Origin: the human T2T-CHM13v2.0 reference genome, Homo sapiens
Length of the DNA stretch: 64,000 nt
Strand: one strand, 5' to 3'
Assembly: GCF_009914755.1 (NCBI RefSeq)
Contig: NC_060932.1
Part shown: piece by piece, positions 60,047-64,000 of the stretch
Layout: each line of letters opens with the position of its first letter
Position numbering within the stretch: position 1 is the first letter of the stretch
Made by a program: the position numbers and the translations under genes
The notes under the pieces: generated by a model
What the model saw: only the letters and a program-made list of their open reading frames with translations
What the model was told of the DNA's origin: nothing
Databases searched by the model: none

Positions 60047-61393
60047 TTCAGTTGGTTTTTGTTGCATTTGAAATTCCCAACTAAAATTTGTATCATTGTC
60101 TCTTTAAAACATTGTCATTGTTTTCTTTAAAATTGTTCTAAAATGTTATTTACCACTTAATAAAGATTAACGTCTGGTGTGAAAAGGAGAGACTGTGTGT
60201 CTATCTCTGCCTCAAACACATAATTTCAAAGTCTGGGTTATCTCCTCTGAAAAGTTCTCCCTGACAAATATTTTTTTCCCACTATCTCTGTCTACCATTG
60301 CCTGCTTGATGCCCTTCTCTTTATTAGAGTGTCCAGCACCTTTCTAACATAATACTTACCATACTGTATTGAAATGACCTGTTTCTAGGAGTACCTGTCC
60401 CTTTAGATGACAATTTCCTTAAGGACTACGGACGATCCTTGTCCTACCTTTAACCCTCATGTCTCCAGTACTTAACTCCCTGCTGGGTGAATAAAAATGA
60501 TTGTATTAAATCTAGTGCTACAAATATGCACCTACAACTTTTTATCACCACCTCGTGGTAGAGGGTTAAATTACTCTTCTGTTTCCTTTGGAATATAGCA
60601 AACAAATCAAGTGACCTTGGAAGTGGAAACTACAAAACTAAAGTGATGATAAATTAAAGCATCACCATCCAGTTGACTAGAGTAAATTTTTCAAAAATGG
60701 AATTGCTGAAAGGTTGCCAAGTCAAAACTACCCTAAAATAGCAGACCAATGTCATTAATTTTAAGTAACTCTCAAGAAAGTTCAAATTATAAGAACATAT
60801 TCTGGCAAATAAATCTTAATTTATGGTTGTGAAATTTTGTAATATCGCATCAAAAGATTTTTTAAAATATGGTTCATTTTTGCATGAAATGGTTTGAGGT
60901 CAATACATTTCCAGTAGTTTTTCTCCTTGAGGAGCAAACCAAGCTCTGGTGCAATCACAGATCCTGAGTGACCATTGATTCCAATTGGCTGCATTTCAAT
61001 GTCAAAAAAATGTTTGTGTTCGGGGACATGAGCAGATATTAAATCAAATATGACATTTTCCAATTTGCAAACAGGAAAACAAGCAATTAAAATCACTGCA
61101 AGCAGGTGAACATTGGCAAACACTGTATGGGAATATTTTGCATTTCCTCAGATCCTTAACATTCCTTGTCCTCCCCCCATCACTCAACTCTCTTTGGATA
61201 CTTGTGAAATTCCCAGTCCTATTGCTTCTTTAGCAAAATCCTGTCACTCTGCAGATTACCAGGCTTCTTCCTTTTCTAGTTTATCATCCCACTTCTTGAC
61301 GAAGCCTTCCCTAGCTCTTTCCCATAATTGTCTCTGCCATCTGACAGGCATGTATCTCTTAGCAATGCCCCCTTTTAATAATCTCTTTATTGA

Positions 61394-61701
<308 letters not shown>

Positions 61702-62304
61702 TGAGATATATTCACATAACATACAATGCACCCAATTAAAGTGTAAAATTCAACAGTTCTTAGTAATATATACTAAAAGTATATATACAAAAAGTTGTGC
61801 AACTGTCACAATCAATTTTGAAGTTTTTATTACACCAAAAAAAAATAACCAAACAAACCAAAAACCCTGCACCCATTAGCAGTGAACCCTCATCTCCTTC
61901 CCTGACACCCAACCCATCCCTAGGCAACTACTAATCAACTTTCTCTCTTTATAGATTTGCCTCTCCTGGGCATTTAATTTAAATGGAATTACACAATGTG
62001 TGGTCTTTTGTAATTGGCCTCTTCCATTTAGCATGATGTTTTCAAGGTTTATCCATGTTGTAGCATGCACCAGGATTTTCTTTTTCTTGCTAGGTAATAT
62101 TCCACTGTATTTATGTGCCATATTTTATTTGTCCATTCATAAGTTGATAGACATTTGGGTTGTATCCACTTTTGTTTGGGTCGTTATAAATAAAGGTGTT
62201 ATGAACATTTTCATACAAGTCATAGAGTGATAGATTTTCATTTCTCTTGGATATATTACAGAGGATTGTAACTGCTGGGTCATGTAGTAACTCTATGTTT
62301 AATC

Positions 62305-62635
<331 letters not shown>

Positions 62636-63713
62636 TGACAAGCTTTTCCAAAGTGGCTGCCCTATTTTACATTTCCGCCAGTAGTGTATGAGGGTTCCAA
62701 TTTCTCCACATCCTTGTCCACACTCATTATTGTCTGTCTTTTTAATTTTAGTCATCCTAGTGGGTGTGAAGGGCTATCTCATTATGACTGTGGTTTGTGT
62801 TTCCTGATGGTTAATGATGTTGAGCATCTTTTCATGTGCTTATTGGCCATTTGCATATTTCCTTTGTCAAAATGCCTGTTCATATCCTTTGCCCACTTTA
62901 TAACTAGGTTATGTCTTCTTATTATGTAGTTGTAAGAGTTCTTTACATATTTTCGATATATCCCGTTTGCAAAAATTTTCTCCCATTCTGTAGGTTGCTT
63001 TTTCATTTCCTTGAAATGTCTTTTGAAGCATAAAAGTTTTAAATTTTGATCAAATCCAGTTCACCTTTTTTTTTTTTTGGCTTCTTGTGATTTTGTTGTG
63101 ATATTATTGTCAAATCCAAGGTCATGAAGATTTAATCTTACATTACTCTTCTATGGGTTTTATAGTTACAGCTCATACATTAAAGTCTTTGATCCAATTT
63201 AAGTTTTGTATATGGTGAGCGGTAGAGGTCAAACTTCATTACTTTGCATGTGGCTATCCAATTATCCCAGCTCATTTGTTGAAAAGACTATACTCACCAC
63301 CCTTGTTGAAATTCAATTGCCTGTAAATATGAGGGTTTATTTCTGGACTCTTGATTTGCTACCATTGAACTATATATCTATACTTATAATACTACCACAT
63401 TGCCTTATTATATTTTTGTAGTATGCTTTGAAATCAGAGTCCTTCAACTTTGTTCTTCTTTATATTGGAAAAAGTATATATTCTGGGCCCCTGGCATTTC
63501 CATGTGAATTTTTGGATCAGCTTGTCAATTTCTGCAAAGAATTCAGCTAGAATTCTGATAGAGAGTCTATTGAATCTATAGATCGATTCAGAAGATATTA
63601 TTAACAATATTAACCTTTCAACACTCTTCAACAATATTTTGTAGTTTTCAGAATGTGTTTCACACTTATTTTGTTAAATTAATACATTTTTAGTGATATT
63701 ATAAATAGATTTT

Positions 63714-64000
<287 letters not shown>

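Overview
Primate (most likely human or great ape) euchromatic DNA, recognised from AluJ/S/Y, L1PA/L1M, L2, MIR, CR1/L3, MaLR/ERVL LTRs and hAT DNA transposons. No protein-coding exon could be recognised with confidence; nearly all supplied ORFs are Alu/LTR/L1 or low-complexity artefacts. The only gene-like landmark is a TATA-less CpG island at ~25.3-26.45 kb. It carries a candidate minus-strand first exon, so ~1-26 kb is probably a long first intron and ~26.5-64 kb upstream DNA; the orientation is inferred and I cannot name the gene. I see no evidence for a new multi-gene system. The most interesting signals are transposon architecture: (i) a clear L1PA 3' transduction whose perfect 14-bp TSD encloses ~100 bp of extra DNA (29.3-30.3 kb); (ii) a nested stack MIR>MER58A>L1MA>L1PA whose L1MA carries a probable ancient ~350-bp 3' transduction containing a MER5A (13.4-15.7 kb); (iii) one endonuclease site apparently used twice (34.4-34.9 kb); (iv) a two-LTR THE1D lacking its PPT; (v) a 600-bp AT-rich tract with a perfect 30-bp palindrome. 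Subfamily names come from recall of consensus sequences and boundaries are approximate; no RepeatMasker or BLAST was run.
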